Positions 1 to 9,478 of a DNA stretch of 64,000 nt are shown here, piece by piece (within the stretch, counting starts at the first letter, position 1; each line of letters opens with the position of its first letter). Both the position numbers and the translations under genes were made by a program. Source of the stretch: an uncultured Pirellulaceae bacterium (lineage in GTDB: Bacteria > Planctomycetota > Planctomycetia > Pirellulales > Pirellulaceae); the NCBI GenBank assembly GCA_964486845.1, contig CAZAQY010000007.1, positions 1,688 through 65,687 of the forward strand, read 5' to 3'. Under the pieces are notes generated by a model, which saw only the letters and a list, made by a program, of their open reading frames with translations, searched no databases and was not told the origin of the DNA.

Positions 1-536
1 AAGGCTCGAACCGTCTTGAGGGCCGCGTAGACCGATTCCGGGAGTAGCTCCTCTTCCACGGCCCAACCGAATGCACGGCGGATGCGGTGGACCTGGGCGT
101 TAATGCTGGTGCGAACGCGTCCGGCCCGGATCATCTCTTACCGCACCGCCTTCAGCTTCTTGGGGCCGAATTCGCGCGCACGCGTGGTTCCGTACAGGCG
201 GACGAGTGGTCGCAACGCATACCGGATGAGTTGGGCTTCACCCGTAAGTACACCGTCTTTGGTGCGGTAGTACTCCTCGGCGTGCTTCATGAACCGGATG
301 CACAGTTCGTCGATGGTCAAGGTCAGGGATTCACCGTCATTCTCGGCGAACCACTCCGCCAGGACTTCTTCGTAGTGGTCCCGGGACTCCTGGGACCCGT
401 ACTTGCCCAAGTAGATGTCGCGTTTGTGAAAACGCACCCGGGCCTGGCCCGAGGGCTTGTGCAGCAGATAGGCAGGTTTTCGTTTGACCGGCATGGCAGC
501 GTCTCCCGTTGTGGTAGAAGCGTGGTAGTAAACCAC
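1..536 (-). pseudogene. Tyrosine recombinase / phage-type integrase, 5' part (runs off the window edge), interrupted by an in-frame TAA at 138-140
   Basis: ORF 138-536 encodes PVKRKPAYLLHKPSGQARV...YLGKYGSQESRDHYEEVLAEWF, an integrase N-terminal region. Reading through the TAA in the same frame gives EMIRAGRVRTSINAQVHRIRRAFGWAVEEELLPESVYAALKTV, the expected continuation of the core-binding domain. The gene lies directly 3' of tRNA-Pro. Confidence 0.6.
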
Positions 537-603
537 GTCTCACGCTGCGCTGCCGGTCTGGCAGGTAGTCGCAAGTTGCGACTCAGCAAAAACTTACAAA
601 CAG

Positions 604-678
604 TCGGGGCGGAGAGATTCGAACTCTCGACCTCCTGCTCCCAAAGCAGGCGCGCTAGCCAGACTGCGCTACGCCCCG
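604..678 (-). tRNA. tRNA-Pro (anticodon UGG), no encoded CCA
   Basis: Reverse complement folds as a 75-nt cloverleaf: CGGGGCG TA GCGC AGTCTGGCTA GCGC G CCTGC TTTGGGA GCAGG AGGTC GAGAG TTCGAAT CTCTC CGCCCCG A. It has a 7-bp acceptor stem, a TTCGAAT T-loop and anticodon TGG. Confidence 0.93.
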
Positions 679-807
679 CAGAAACGCGACACAGGTGTAA
701 ATGCTAACCGCACGTCGCCGGTAACGCAATCGGTTGAAGGTGGCAGCCTGCTAGCAATCGACGGGGATCAGGCACTCGCGCGGCAGTGAGCGAGGAGCGG
801 CGCCGTT

Positions 808-1842
808 TCAGCCGACTTGGCGGAACGATTCGACGCTGCCCCGGTCCGTCAAGTGGCCGAAGATCCGGTCGAATTCGTCGTGATCGCTGAAATGGATCAC
901 GATCTTGCCGCGTCCGCGGGCGGCCTGCTGAATGTCCACTTTGGCGCCCAAAGCCATCCGCAACTCCTGCTCCAAGGACGCAGTTTGCTCGTTGCGGGTT
1001 CGCTTGTGGAGTGTTCTACTTCTGCCGCCACTGCCGTCGCGATTGCCACTGCCGCTGCCGCCTGCGATATTCAGGACAGGGATATCCGATTCACGGGCTC
1101 TTTCCTGGACCTCGGTTTCAACGGCGCGGACGCTCAGACTTTCCTGCTGGATGCGGTGACACAGCTCGATCTGTTCCGCTTCGTCCCCCAGAGGCAACAG
1201 CGCTCGGGCGTGGCCCGCGGAAATGTCGCCTTTGCGAAGTGCGTCCAAGACTACTTCGGGAAGTTCCAGCAATCGCATCAAGTTGGCGATCGTCGAACGG
1301 TCGATCTTCAGGCGGCGTGCCAAGTCTTCCTGCGAACAGCTGTGTTCCTCCAGGTAGCGTTTGAACGAGAGCGCCTTTTCGATCGGGTTCAGGTCTTTGC
1401 GGTGAAGGTTTTCCACGATGGCCAATTCCGCCACCAGACGATCATCGGCCTCGCGCACTTGAGCCGGGATCTGCGTCCAGCCCGCTTGCATCGCAGCACG
1501 CAGACGGCGTTCGCCGGAGATCAGCTGATAGCGCTGGCCGGCCCGGCGGACCAAGACGGGTTGCAGCAGGTCGTGCTCTTTCAAGCTCTCCGCCAGCGAC
1601 GCAATCTCCGGTTCGGTGAAATCCCGCCGCGGCTGGAACGGATTGCCGTCGATCTGGTCGATCTGCAGCTGCAGGATCCCAGAACCGACAGCCGTCTCCG
1701 GGGACGCCGTGTGCGTGACCTCGTCGCGGGAAAAGTCGGCAGCCGGCGCATCGCTGCTCCCGGTCCCGGCGCCGTCCATTTCTTCCAAAGGCGTGCCCAG
1801 CAATGCCGCCAAGCCTCTACCCAATCGTCGATCCTTGCTCAT
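808..1842 (-). CDS. parB: ParB/Spo0J chromosome partitioning protein
   Basis: MSKDRRLGRGLAALLG start and the ParB box GNPFQPRRDF...LLQPVLVRR...YQLISGERRLRAA. The ORF extends to 1869, but the ATG at 1842 matches the usual ParB N-terminus. Confidence 0.93.
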   Translation of the reverse strand: MSKDRRLGRGLAALLGTPLEEMDGAGTGSSDAPAADFSRDEVTHTASPETAVGSGILQLQIDQIDGNPFQPRRDFTEPEIASLAESLKEHDLLQPVLVRRAGQRYQLISGERRLRAAMQAGWTQIPAQVREADDRLVAELAIVENLHRKDLNPIEKALSFKRYLEEHSCSQEDLARRLKIDRSTIANLMRLLELPEVVLDALRKGDISAGHARALLPLGDEAEQIELCHRIQQESLSVRAVETEVQERARESDIPVLNIAGGSGSGNRDGSGGRSRTLHKRTRNEQTASLEQELRMALGAKVDIQQAARGRGKIVIHFSDHDEFDRIFGHLTDRGSVESFRQVG

Positions 1843-2605
1843 GGTCCAAGACCTCCATGCACAGTTCAATGTAAGCTCGCGTACCTGGCGAGCGAGGCGC
1901 GTAATCCAGAACCGAGAGTCCGTGGCTGGGCGCCTCGGACACCGCCACGTCGCGCGGAATCACCGTGTCGAACACGATCTCGCCGAAGAAATCCCGCACT
2001 TCCGCTTCGACTTCGTGAGTCAGCTCCAATCTGGGATCGTGCATCGTCAGCAAAATGCCGCCGAATTCCAGCCGCCCGAACTGACTCGCCATGACCTTGC
2101 GGATGACGTGAATCATCTGCGTGAGCCCCTCCATCGCGAAGTACTCGCACTGGATGGGCATCAGCACTTCGGTGGAGGCCGCCAGCGCGGCTTGCGTCAA
2201 CTCGCCCAACGACGGCGGACAGTCGATCAACACGAAATCGTAGGCGTTGGTATTGACCGCCAAGTGACGGCCCAAGGTCTGCGCCGTCTGCCGCTTGTCC
2301 TGGGACAATGCCTCGACGTCGCGAAAACTGCGACTGCCCGGCAACAGCTGAAGATTGGGGACCGCCGTCGTGCAGACGGCATCGTGCAGCGGCTGATCCA
2401 GCACCAAGGCGTGACGTTCCACAGGCGCATGATTGAGGCCGCTGGTCGCGTTGCACTGCGGGTCCAGGTCGACCAGCAGCGTACGGCTGCCGGACTTGGC
2501 CAAGGCCACGGCCAAGTTCACTGCGGTGGTCGTCTTGCCGACTCCGCCCTTCTGATTGGCCACACACAGGATCCTTCCCAACAGCTCGTCCTCCCTGACG
2601 AACAA
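1817..2605 (-). CDS. parA: ParA/Soj chromosome partitioning ATPase
   Basis: Deviant Walker A CVANQKGGVGKTTTAVNLA, then LLVDLDPQCNATSG and VLIDCPPSLG. It lies immediately upstream of parB. Confidence 0.95.
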   Translation of the reverse strand: MFVREDELLGRILCVANQKGGVGKTTTAVNLAVALAKSGSRTLLVDLDPQCNATSGLNHAPVERHALVLDQPLHDAVCTTAVPNLQLLPGSRSFRDVEALSQDKRQTAQTLGRHLAVNTNAYDFVLIDCPPSLGELTQAALAASTEVLMPIQCEYFAMEGLTQMIHVIRKVMASQFGRLEFGGILLTMHDPRLELTHEVEAEVRDFFGEIVFDTVIPRDVAVSEAPSHGLSVLDYAPRSPGTRAYIELCMEVLDHEQGSTIG

Positions 2606-2742
2606 GTCCGAGGGGCAAATGCGCCCCCTGCGGACGCGCTCCCCGCTGGGTCGCGGTTAAATGATGCATCGCTCCCAGCCGCGCACACGTGCGGCGGGAT
2701 TGTAACCACGGTTAGCCGAAATCGGGAATGTCATTTCTCGTT

Positions 2743-2758
2743 CGTTCCACGTGAAACG
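2743..2758. promoter_or_regulatory. parS site 1 (CGTTCCACGTGAAACG)
   Basis: 14/16 match to the canonical parS TGTTNCACGTGAAACA. Located in the 245-bp gap upstream of parA. Confidence 0.8.
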
Positions 2759-2778
2759 AACAGTCGCGGGAGATTGCC

Positions 2779-2794
2779 TGTTTCACGTGAAACA
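2779..2794. promoter_or_regulatory. parS site 2 (TGTTTCACGTGAAACA, perfect palindrome)
   Basis: 16/16 match to the canonical parS consensus. Confidence 0.9.
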
Positions 2795-2829
2795 CGCAAT
2801 TCTGCCAATTCCCCGAAACTTCGCAAACC

Positions 2830-2845
2830 CGTTTCACGTGAAACA
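2830..2845. promoter_or_regulatory. parS site 3 (CGTTTCACGTGAAACA)
   Basis: 15/16 match to the parS consensus. Lies 5 nt from the stop of the upstream DUF1015 gene. Confidence 0.85.
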
Positions 2846-2849
2846 GGGG

Positions 2850-4166
2850 CTATCCCAGCGGATTGATGACCAGGCCGCTGAGCAGCTTGGGATAGAAATA
2901 GGTGCTCTTGGCGGGCATGCGCTGCTGGCTCTCGCTGATTTTGCGGACATGCTCGACCGTGGCGGGCATGACCAGCGCAGCCAACGGAAACGGCTGGCCG
3001 GAGACGTCACCGCGATGCAGCCAGTCGACGGCTTCTTCGACCAGGTGAACGTACTCGGCTTTCGGCAACTGTTTCGCGTCCAACAGAGTTTCCATCACCA
3101 AGCGGTGAAGAATGCTGACACCCAGTTGTTGCCAGTCCGGACCATGGCCGGTGGCTACCTCGGCCATCCGCTGGCGTCCAGCGGCGGTGATGCGAGCCAG
3201 AAGCCATTGCTGGTCCGCCGTGGTAAAGAAGCCGATGACGCCTTGTTCCCCTTCGATTTCGATGGATTTCCAGACCGCGTGCGCGGCGTCGGGCCCCTGG
3301 GCGGCGACGTCCGCCTGGAAGCAGTCGCCGAGCTTTTCGATCAACTGGGCGGAGGACAGGGGAGGCAGACCTCGGAACAGCCGATGCGTCGGCAGCACAA
3401 CCATTCCAGGATCGCTCATGCTGACGCACATGCCCAGCACGAAGTTGGCCGGGTGGGTGGCGGGCAGCGTCTGGCCGCCCGACAGGTGATCGCGGTAATT
3501 GCAGGCGGTTTCGTACCGGTGATGGCCGTCGGCGATGAACATCGGTTTGGGTCCCAGCACGGCCGCGACCTCGGCGATGACCTTCACATCGCTGATCGGC
3601 CACATGCGATGGATCACGCCCAGGTGGTCGACGGCTTCGAGCGGTGCCGTGCCCAGGACGGCGTCTTCCAGAATCTCTTGGGCTACGTTTTCCTCGTCCG
3701 GGTACAGGCCGAAGATCTGACTGAGGTTCGCCTTGCAGGCCACGGTCAACTTGAACCGGTCGGCCTTTGCGGCTGCGTGAGTCTCCTCATGGGGGTAGAT
3801 CTTCCCTTCGCCGAACCGCTCTAAGCGGATGCGAGCCATGAAGCCGCGCCGGTTCATCGGCCGTCCCCCGTACTGGAAGGTCTGATGGTAGACGTACAGG
3901 GCAGGGTCCGGTTCCCGCTGCAGGAGTCCTTCGCTACACCAGTTCTTGAGGAACCTGGCCGCGCGGGTGTAGCGGTTGTGGGCGTCGTCGTCACCGGGTT
4001 CATCCCGGTTCAGGATCAGGCGGATGACGTTGGCGGGATGCTTCTTGTACAGCTGGTCCTGCAGCTCGGGGCCGATCACGTCGTAGGGCGGAGCGACAAC
4101 GTCGCTCAGCGCGCCAACGTGCCCCAGATCGTAACGGAGTGCTCGGAAGGCTTGGATTTCGGGCAT
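2850..4166 (-). CDS. DUF1015 family protein
   Basis: N-terminus MPEIQAFRALRYD...VVAPPYDVI...HPANVIRLIL and FIADGHHRYETA are characteristic of DUF1015. Confidence 0.8.
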   Translation of the reverse strand: MPEIQAFRALRYDLGHVGALSDVVAPPYDVIGPELQDQLYKKHPANVIRLILNRDEPGDDDAHNRYTRAARFLKNWCSEGLLQREPDPALYVYHQTFQYGGRPMNRRGFMARIRLERFGEGKIYPHEETHAAAKADRFKLTVACKANLSQIFGLYPDEENVAQEILEDAVLGTAPLEAVDHLGVIHRMWPISDVKVIAEVAAVLGPKPMFIADGHHRYETACNYRDHLSGGQTLPATHPANFVLGMCVSMSDPGMVVLPTHRLFRGLPPLSSAQLIEKLGDCFQADVAAQGPDAAHAVWKSIEIEGEQGVIGFFTTADQQWLLARITAAGRQRMAEVATGHGPDWQQLGVSILHRLVMETLLDAKQLPKAEYVHLVEEAVDWLHRGDVSGQPFPLAALVMPATVEHVRKISESQQRMPAKSTYFYPKLLSGLVINPLG

Positions 4167-4312
4167 GGGATTCCTAAACGTGACTATGCCGGAACAAATC
4201 TGCGGAGTTCCGACAGCGATTCGAACGGCTTTCGGGCAGTTTCTGATGCCGGAACTGCGAGGACTTGTTCCGGCCTACGGGAAAACCCCGAAGGTACAGG
4301 GAAGTCCTGAAT

Positions 4313-5728
4313 CTAGTACCGATAGTGCTCCGGCTTGAACGGGCCCTCCACAGGGACGCCCAAGTACTCGGCCTGGCGTGGAGTGAGCTTCGTGAGCTTC
4401 GCCCCCAAGTGCTCCAAGTGCAGGCGGGCGACTTCCTCATCCAGACGCTTGTCCAGCCGGTAGACTCCCACCTCGTGATTGCCCGTCCAGAGGTCGAGCT
4501 GGGCCAGGATCTGGTTCGTGAAGCTGTTGGACATGACGAAGCTCGGATGGCCCGTGGCGCAGCCCAGATTCACCAGACGGCCTTCGGCCAGCATGTAGAT
4601 CGTATGGCCGTTCGGAAACGTGTAGGCGTCCACCTGCGGCTTGATCTGGGTCCGGCGGATACCGGGATAACGGAGCAAGGCGTCGACCTGAATCTCGTTG
4701 TCGAAGTGGCCGATGTTGCAGATGATCGCCTGGTCCTTCATCTTGGCCATGTGCTCGACCGTGATCACATCACAGCTGCCGGTGGCGGTCACGTAGATGT
4801 CCGCGTAGGGCAGGGCGTCTTCCAGGGTCGTCACTTTGTAGCCGGCCATGAGCGCCTGCAGGGCGCAGATCGGATCGATTTCCGAGATCCACACCTGGGC
4901 TCGCTGTCCCATCAGCGACTCGGCCGATCCCTTGCCCACATCCCCGTAGCCGCAGACCATGGCGACCTTGCCGGCGATCATCACGTCGGTCGCCCGGTTG
5001 ATGCCGTCGATCAGCGAGTGCCGGCAGCCGTAGATGTTGTCAAACTTGCTCTTGGTGACCGAATCGTTGACGTTCATCGCGGGAACCAACAATTCGCCCC
5101 GTTCCAGCATCTGGTACAAACGGCGGACGCCGGTCGTGGTCTCTTCGGACACGCCTTTCCATTGGGTCACCAGCCGGTGGAAAAAACGGGAGTCGCCGGT
5201 CAGGCTCCGCTTCAAGACCTGGTTGACGATGGCCAGTTCCTTGTTGTCGGTGGGCTGCTCGAGCAGGCCGGGATTCTCTTCGGCCTGGTAGCCGCGGTGA
5301 ATGATCAGCGTCGCGTCCCCGCCGTCGTCGACCACCAAGTTCGGGCCGCTGCCATCCGGCCAGGTCATGGCTTTCTTGGTGAAATCCCAGTACTGCTCCA
5401 ACGTCTCTCCCTTGAACGCGAACACCGGCGTGCCGCTGGCGGCAATGGCTGCGGCGGCGTGGTCCTGTGTGGAGAAGATGTTGCACGATGCCCAGCGTAC
5501 GTCGGCCCCCAATTCCTTGAGGGTCTCGATCAGCACGGCCGTCTGAATCGTCATGTGCAGCGAGCCCATGACCCGCGCACCCGCCAGAGGTTTCTGCGGC
5601 CCATACTTCTTGCGCGTGGCCATCAGGCCGGGCATCTCGTGCTCCGCCATTCCAATCTCGCGCCGGCCCAGGTCGGCCAGTCCGATATCCTTGACAACGA
5701 ATTCCGGCTCGGCAGCTACGGCAAGCAT
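4313..5728 (-). CDS. ahcY: Adenosylhomocysteinase (S-adenosyl-L-homocysteine hydrolase)
   Basis: 471 aa with [37 protein letters not shown] (NAD site), NIGHFDNEI and a C-terminal PEHYRY. Confidence 0.97.
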   Translation of the reverse strand: MLAVAAEPEFVVKDIGLADLGRREIGMAEHEMPGLMATRKKYGPQKPLAGARVMGSLHMTIQTAVLIETLKELGADVRWASCNIFSTQDHAAAAIAASGTPVFAFKGETLEQYWDFTKKAMTWPDGSGPNLVVDDGGDATLIIHRGYQAEENPGLLEQPTDNKELAIVNQVLKRSLTGDSRFFHRLVTQWKGVSEETTTGVRRLYQMLERGELLVPAMNVNDSVTKSKFDNIYGCRHSLIDGINRATDVMIAGKVAMVCGYGDVGKGSAESLMGQRAQVWISEIDPICALQALMAGYKVTTLEDALPYADIYVTATGSCDVITVEHMAKMKDQAIICNIGHFDNEIQVDALLRYPGIRRTQIKPQVDAYTFPNGHTIYMLAEGRLVNLGCATGHPSFVMSNSFTNQILAQLDLWTGNHEVGVYRLDKRLDEEVARLHLEHLGAKLTKLTPRQAEYLGVPVEGPFKPEHYRY

Positions 5729-5848
5729 CAGTTTGTTCCTGTTAAATCAGCGGAGTTTAGCCGTCATCTTGGCAACGCGATATGATAGGCGTGATTGGCC
5801 GGTTGGGCAACTCCCGGTCCCTGCAAATCAAAGCCGGAGAGCGGGAGA

Positions 5849-6526
5849 CTACCCGCAATCTTGGGATGCGACGGATTCGAAAGCAGCCAGCGCGTTGCGG
5901 ACGAACTGACGCACCCGCTGGCGGTCCTTCCGGCCCGGGCTGGATTCCACGCCGCTGGCCGTATCGACGGCGGCCGCGCGTGTTGCTTCGATGGCGGCGG
6001 CGACATTCTCCGGACGAAGACCTCCCGCCAGAATGACCGGAAGGGCAATCGGCATGGCGTGCAATCCCCGAACGAGGGGCCATTCCGCAATCTGCCCCGT
6101 ACCGCCGTAGCTGCCGGACTGGCAAGCGTCGATCAGCACCGCTGCCAAGCGGAATCCCGCTGCTTCGCAAGCGAACAGGTACTTTGTCACCTGTTCCAGG
6201 TCCGGCCGCGTGCAACGGAAAGCTTTGATCAGCCGCCGCTCGGCCAACTGCCTCGCCATCTGGGGCGATTCGTCGCCGTGCAACTGGACAACGTCGAGTC
6301 CCACTTCATCGCAAGTCGCAAGTACTTCGTCGGCCGCCGCGTTGACGAACACGCCGACCTTGGTCACCGCCGGCGGGATTCCCCGCGCGATCGCCTGGGC
6401 CACATCGCGTGCTACGTAACGCGGACTGGGCGGGTAGAAATTGAGGCCGATCGCGTCGGCGCCGGCAACCACGCACGCTTCTGCGTCATCAGGGCTGGTG
6501 ACGCCGCAAATCTTGACACGAAACAA
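5849..6526 (-). CDS. trpF: Phosphoribosylanthranilate isomerase
   Basis: MFRVKICGVTSPDDA...GADAIGLNFYPPSPRYV...VQLHGDE...LAGGLRPENV, TrpF hallmarks. Confidence 0.9.
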   Translation of the reverse strand: MFRVKICGVTSPDDAEACVVAGADAIGLNFYPPSPRYVARDVAQAIARGIPPAVTKVGVFVNAAADEVLATCDEVGLDVVQLHGDESPQMARQLAERRLIKAFRCTRPDLEQVTKYLFACEAAGFRLAAVLIDACQSGSYGGTGQIAEWPLVRGLHAMPIALPVILAGGLRPENVAAAIEATRAAAVDTASGVESSPGRKDRQRVRQFVRNALAAFESVASQDCG

Positions 6527-6630
6527 AGCTGAACTCCGGTCCGCTGGTAACGATTTGTTGGATTCTCGGGGTTGTAGCGCCGATGTTAGTTGTGATGACG
6601 TATGGACCCAGCTTCAAGGAATACGGCAGT

Positions 6631-6933
6631 ATGAACCGCACACTGTTGACCATCGCGATCCTGGCGTTACTTTCCACCGCCCCCGGATGCTTACAGCGAA
6701 ATACCTGTCCGCCCGGGGGCCAATGCGGCTGCGGCGGCATCGGCGGCGGCGGGGTGTTGGGGGCGTTGATAGGCCCCGTCTCGCAGGAGATCCACGCCTC
6801 GCAGGACTGGCGGCACCAAAGGCCGGAGTTGGGCCCGGCGGGGCCGCCCAGCGGCACCGTCGGCTATCCCTACTACACGCTGCGTGGCCCACGAGACTTC
6901 CTCGTGGACAATCCCCCCAGCATCGGCAATTAG
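6631..6933 (+). CDS. Small hypothetical lipoprotein (Gly/Cys-rich, C-terminal YPYYTLRGPRDFL motif)
   Basis: MNRTLLTIAILALLSTAPGC lipobox-like signal, then CPPGGQCGCGGIGGGG. The ATG at 6631 is preferred over the upstream alternative start at 6583. Confidence 0.5.
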   Translation: MNRTLLTIAILALLSTAPGCLQRNTCPPGGQCGCGGIGGGGVLGALIGPVSQEIHASQDWRHQRPELGPAGPPSGTVGYPYYTLRGPRDFLVDNPPSIGN

Positions 6934-7041
6934 CGACGGACCATAATCCGGCCGGCACGCGCCGGCTTGGCACCGGACGGCAAGCCTGACGAGGCAGCGA
7001 CGGGAGAGACGATTTCCATCGCTCGCGCGTCGAGCTTGTTT

Positions 7042-8331
7042 TCAATCTCGAAAACGCCCCACGGCCAGCGCGATATTCTGGCCGCCAAAACCGAAGCTGT
7101 TGTTGAGTGCGATGTCGCACTTGGCCTCACGAGGCTCGTTGGGCACGTAGTCCAAATCACAATCCGGATCGGGGTTTTCGTAATTGATGGTGGGCGGCAG
7201 GACGCGGTCACGAATCGCCATCAGGCAGATGATCATCTCGGTCACGCCGGCGGCTGCAATCAGATGGCCCATCATGCTCTTGGTGCTGGAGACCGGCGTC
7301 TTTTTCGCCCGGTCCCCAAACACGACCTTGCAGGCCACGGTTTCGACGCGATCGTTCACTTGGGTGCTGGTGCCGTGGGCGTTGACATAATCCACGTCGT
7401 CCGGGGAAATACCGGCGTCCTGGATGGCCATCCGCATGCACGCGATCGCTCCGCGCCCGTCCGGATGAATGTCCGTGATCCGATAGGCGTCGGCAGTGGA
7501 GCCGAAGCCGAGGACCTCTCCGTAGATTTGCGCCCCACGCCGCTTGGCGAATTCCAGTTCCTCCAGAACAATCATGGCCGAACCTTCGCCCAGCACAAAT
7601 CCGTCGCGGAGACGATCGAACGGCCGTGACGCTTTCTCCGGTTCGTCATTTCTGGTGGACAAGGCCGTAAGCAGGTTGAACCCCGTGACACCGAACGGGT
7701 GAATCATGCTGTGCGTGCCGCCCGCGATCATCGCATCCGCATCCCCGCGGCGGATGATCTCCGTGGCTTCGCCGATCGCTTGACTGCTGGCCGCACACGC
7801 AGTCAGACAGTTCACGTTCGGACCCTGGGCGTTGAACAGGCTGGCGATATGGCCGGAAGGCACGCTTGGCTCTTGCTCCAACTCGGACATCGGCGAAAGC
7901 GTCTCCAGGCCCGATTTGATGAACCGGGACAAATCCAGGTTCGGACCATCCAGCGCCGCGATCACCATCTGACTGAACCGCAGGAAATCCTGGTTGCCCT
8001 CCCCGCTGCCCAGGTAGACGCCCAGGCGGCGGGGATCGATTCCCGCGTCCAGGACGCCGGAGGCTCCGACCGCCTGTTTCGCCGCTCCAACCGCAAATCG
8101 GGTATGCCGCCCACAGGACTTCCACTTCTCCGGGTCTTCCCCGGCCAGCGACACATCCCAGTTCTTGACTTCCGCCGAGATGCGAGAGGGGAAACTGCTG
8201 GCGTCGAAGATGGTTGTGTAGCCGACTCCAGAGCGGCATTCCTTGAGGCCGGTCCAGACGGTCTCCACGTCGTGCCCCATGGGGTTGACCATGCCCATGC
8301 CAGTGATGACCACGCGCCTTCTCATGCCCAA
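7042..8331 (-). CDS. Beta-ketoacyl-ACP synthase, KAS II (FabF-like)
   Basis: VVITGMGMVNPMG start. Cys-His-His triad contexts LTACAASSQAIG, NAHGTSTQVND and KSMMGHLIAAAG. Ends with FGFGGQN. Confidence 0.9.
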   Translation of the reverse strand: MGMRRRVVITGMGMVNPMGHDVETVWTGLKECRSGVGYTTIFDASSFPSRISAEVKNWDVSLAGEDPEKWKSCGRHTRFAVGAAKQAVGASGVLDAGIDPRRLGVYLGSGEGNQDFLRFSQMVIAALDGPNLDLSRFIKSGLETLSPMSELEQEPSVPSGHIASLFNAQGPNVNCLTACAASSQAIGEATEIIRRGDADAMIAGGTHSMIHPFGVTGFNLLTALSTRNDEPEKASRPFDRLRDGFVLGEGSAMIVLEELEFAKRRGAQIYGEVLGFGSTADAYRITDIHPDGRGAIACMRMAIQDAGISPDDVDYVNAHGTSTQVNDRVETVACKVVFGDRAKKTPVSSTKSMMGHLIAAAGVTEMIICLMAIRDRVLPPTINYENPDPDCDLDYVPNEPREAKCDIALNNSFGFGGQNIALAVGRFRD

Positions 8332-8341
8332 GATCGCCCCC

Positions 8342-8899
8342 TCAACCGGCCACCAGACTCGATGAATCCTCGTCGAACAAAGCGTTCTCCGCGCTGGCCA
8401 AATGCGGAGGCAACTCCAGCGGACTGCCGTCCGCCTTCCGACCGACCTCGTACATTCTATAACGTCGCAGGACGCTCAACAACATCTTCGCATCAATCAA
8501 CTCGACGCCTGCGAAGCGGTCATCCAGCAGCGCGAAGACGATCTGCAAGGTCGCCAGTAGCCGGTCTCCGATGTGAACCGTGGCATCGATGATGGCTCCG
8601 TTGGCACGCACGTTGAGGATGTCCACGGTGTACGTCAAGGTGTCGCCGGGCGTTGCGTACCCGTGAAATTCGGCTTTGGCGACCTTGGCCAAAATCACAC
8701 GCTCCCGGAACCCCACGTGTTCGCCAACCAACAAACCGCCCGTCTGGGCGACCCCTTCAATAATCAGCGACGCGGGCATGATCGCCATGGCACTCGTGTA
8801 TTCCGCGATTTGCTCCTCCGCAAAGCTGATGTTTTTGATGGCCACCGCCCGGCGGCCGCTCTCAAATGCGACGAACCTGTCAATCCAGAACCAGCGCAT
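8342..8899 (-). CDS. Hotdog-fold FabA/FabZ-like protein lacking the catalytic His
   Basis: MRWFWIDRFVAFESG...IAEYTSAMAIMPASLIIEGVAQTGG. This has the FabZ topology, but the HFP His is replaced by Tyr. Start placed at M27 of the ORF (ATG 8899). Confidence 0.72.
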   Translation of the reverse strand: MRWFWIDRFVAFESGRRAVAIKNISFAEEQIAEYTSAMAIMPASLIIEGVAQTGGLLVGEHVGFRERVILAKVAKAEFHGYATPGDTLTYTVDILNVRANGAIIDATVHIGDRLLATLQIVFALLDDRFAGVELIDAKMLLSVLRRYRMYEVGRKADGSPLELPPHLASAENALFDEDSSSLVAG

Positions 8900-9027
8900 G
8901 ATCGACCTGTGCTCTCCGCCGAAGGCAGGTAGCAGGAGTGTGAACTTGGCGGCATCACCGAAGTGCGGTGCAGACACGTATCGAGTCGCGATCGGAAGTC
9001 GTTTCCGCCCGGACTCGCTTCCAGCCG

Positions 9028-9417
9028 TTATTCAGCCCCGACCTTCGACTCGACGTAACGGCACAAGTCGTTGACCGTCAACAGGTTGCCGAATTCCTGC
9101 ACGACCGGGTTCGCCTCGAACCGGGCCAAATCGGCGAACGGCATACGGCTCTTCAGCATTTCCAGTCCAGCAGGCGTGACTTTGCCGTCTTGGACGTACT
9201 CGGCATTGGTCAACACATCTTCCGGGAACAATTCGGAACGCGGAATCTCGATGCCAAACGCCTTCTCCAGGCGGAAGACAATGTCCAGGAAGTCAATCGA
9301 CTCCGCCCCCAAATCGCCGACCATGGTCGCCGCGGGCGTCACCTCTTCCTCGTCGACTCCCAATGCTTCCACCAAGGCCTCTTTGACCTTCTCAAATACT
9401 ACGGCTTTCGTCGTCAT
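9028..9417 (-). CDS. Acyl carrier protein with a roughly 50-aa C-terminal extension
   Basis: MTTKAVVFEKVKEALVEALGVDEEEV...GDLGAESIDFLDIVFRLEKAFGIEIP, an ACP helix II motif with the phosphopantetheine Ser. It is 129 aa versus about 80 aa for a typical ACP. Confidence 0.85.
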   Translation of the reverse strand: MTTKAVVFEKVKEALVEALGVDEEEVTPAATMVGDLGAESIDFLDIVFRLEKAFGIEIPRSELFPEDVLTNAEYVQDGKVTPAGLEMLKSRMPFADLARFEANPVVQEFGNLLTVNDLCRYVESKVGAE

Positions 9418-9478
9418 ACCAAATCGCTCCCTATAGGAATGGATACTGTACGTCTTCCTGCGGTCAGTCGGAGCGTCC

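Noticed and set aside
4188-4274. Two similar hairpins (CGGAAC..GTTCCG at 4190-4212 and GCCGGAAC..GTTCCGGC at 4248-4274) as terminators after ahcY
   Set aside because: Short stems with 11-nt loops and no U-tract on the ahcY strand. They could be weak structural elements, but there is not enough evidence to call them terminators.
5729-5848. SAH riboswitch in the ahcY leader
   Set aside because: The 120-nt trpF-ahcY spacer shows none of the conserved SAH-element sequence or pseudoknot that I can recognise. It would need an Infernal scan to exclude fully.
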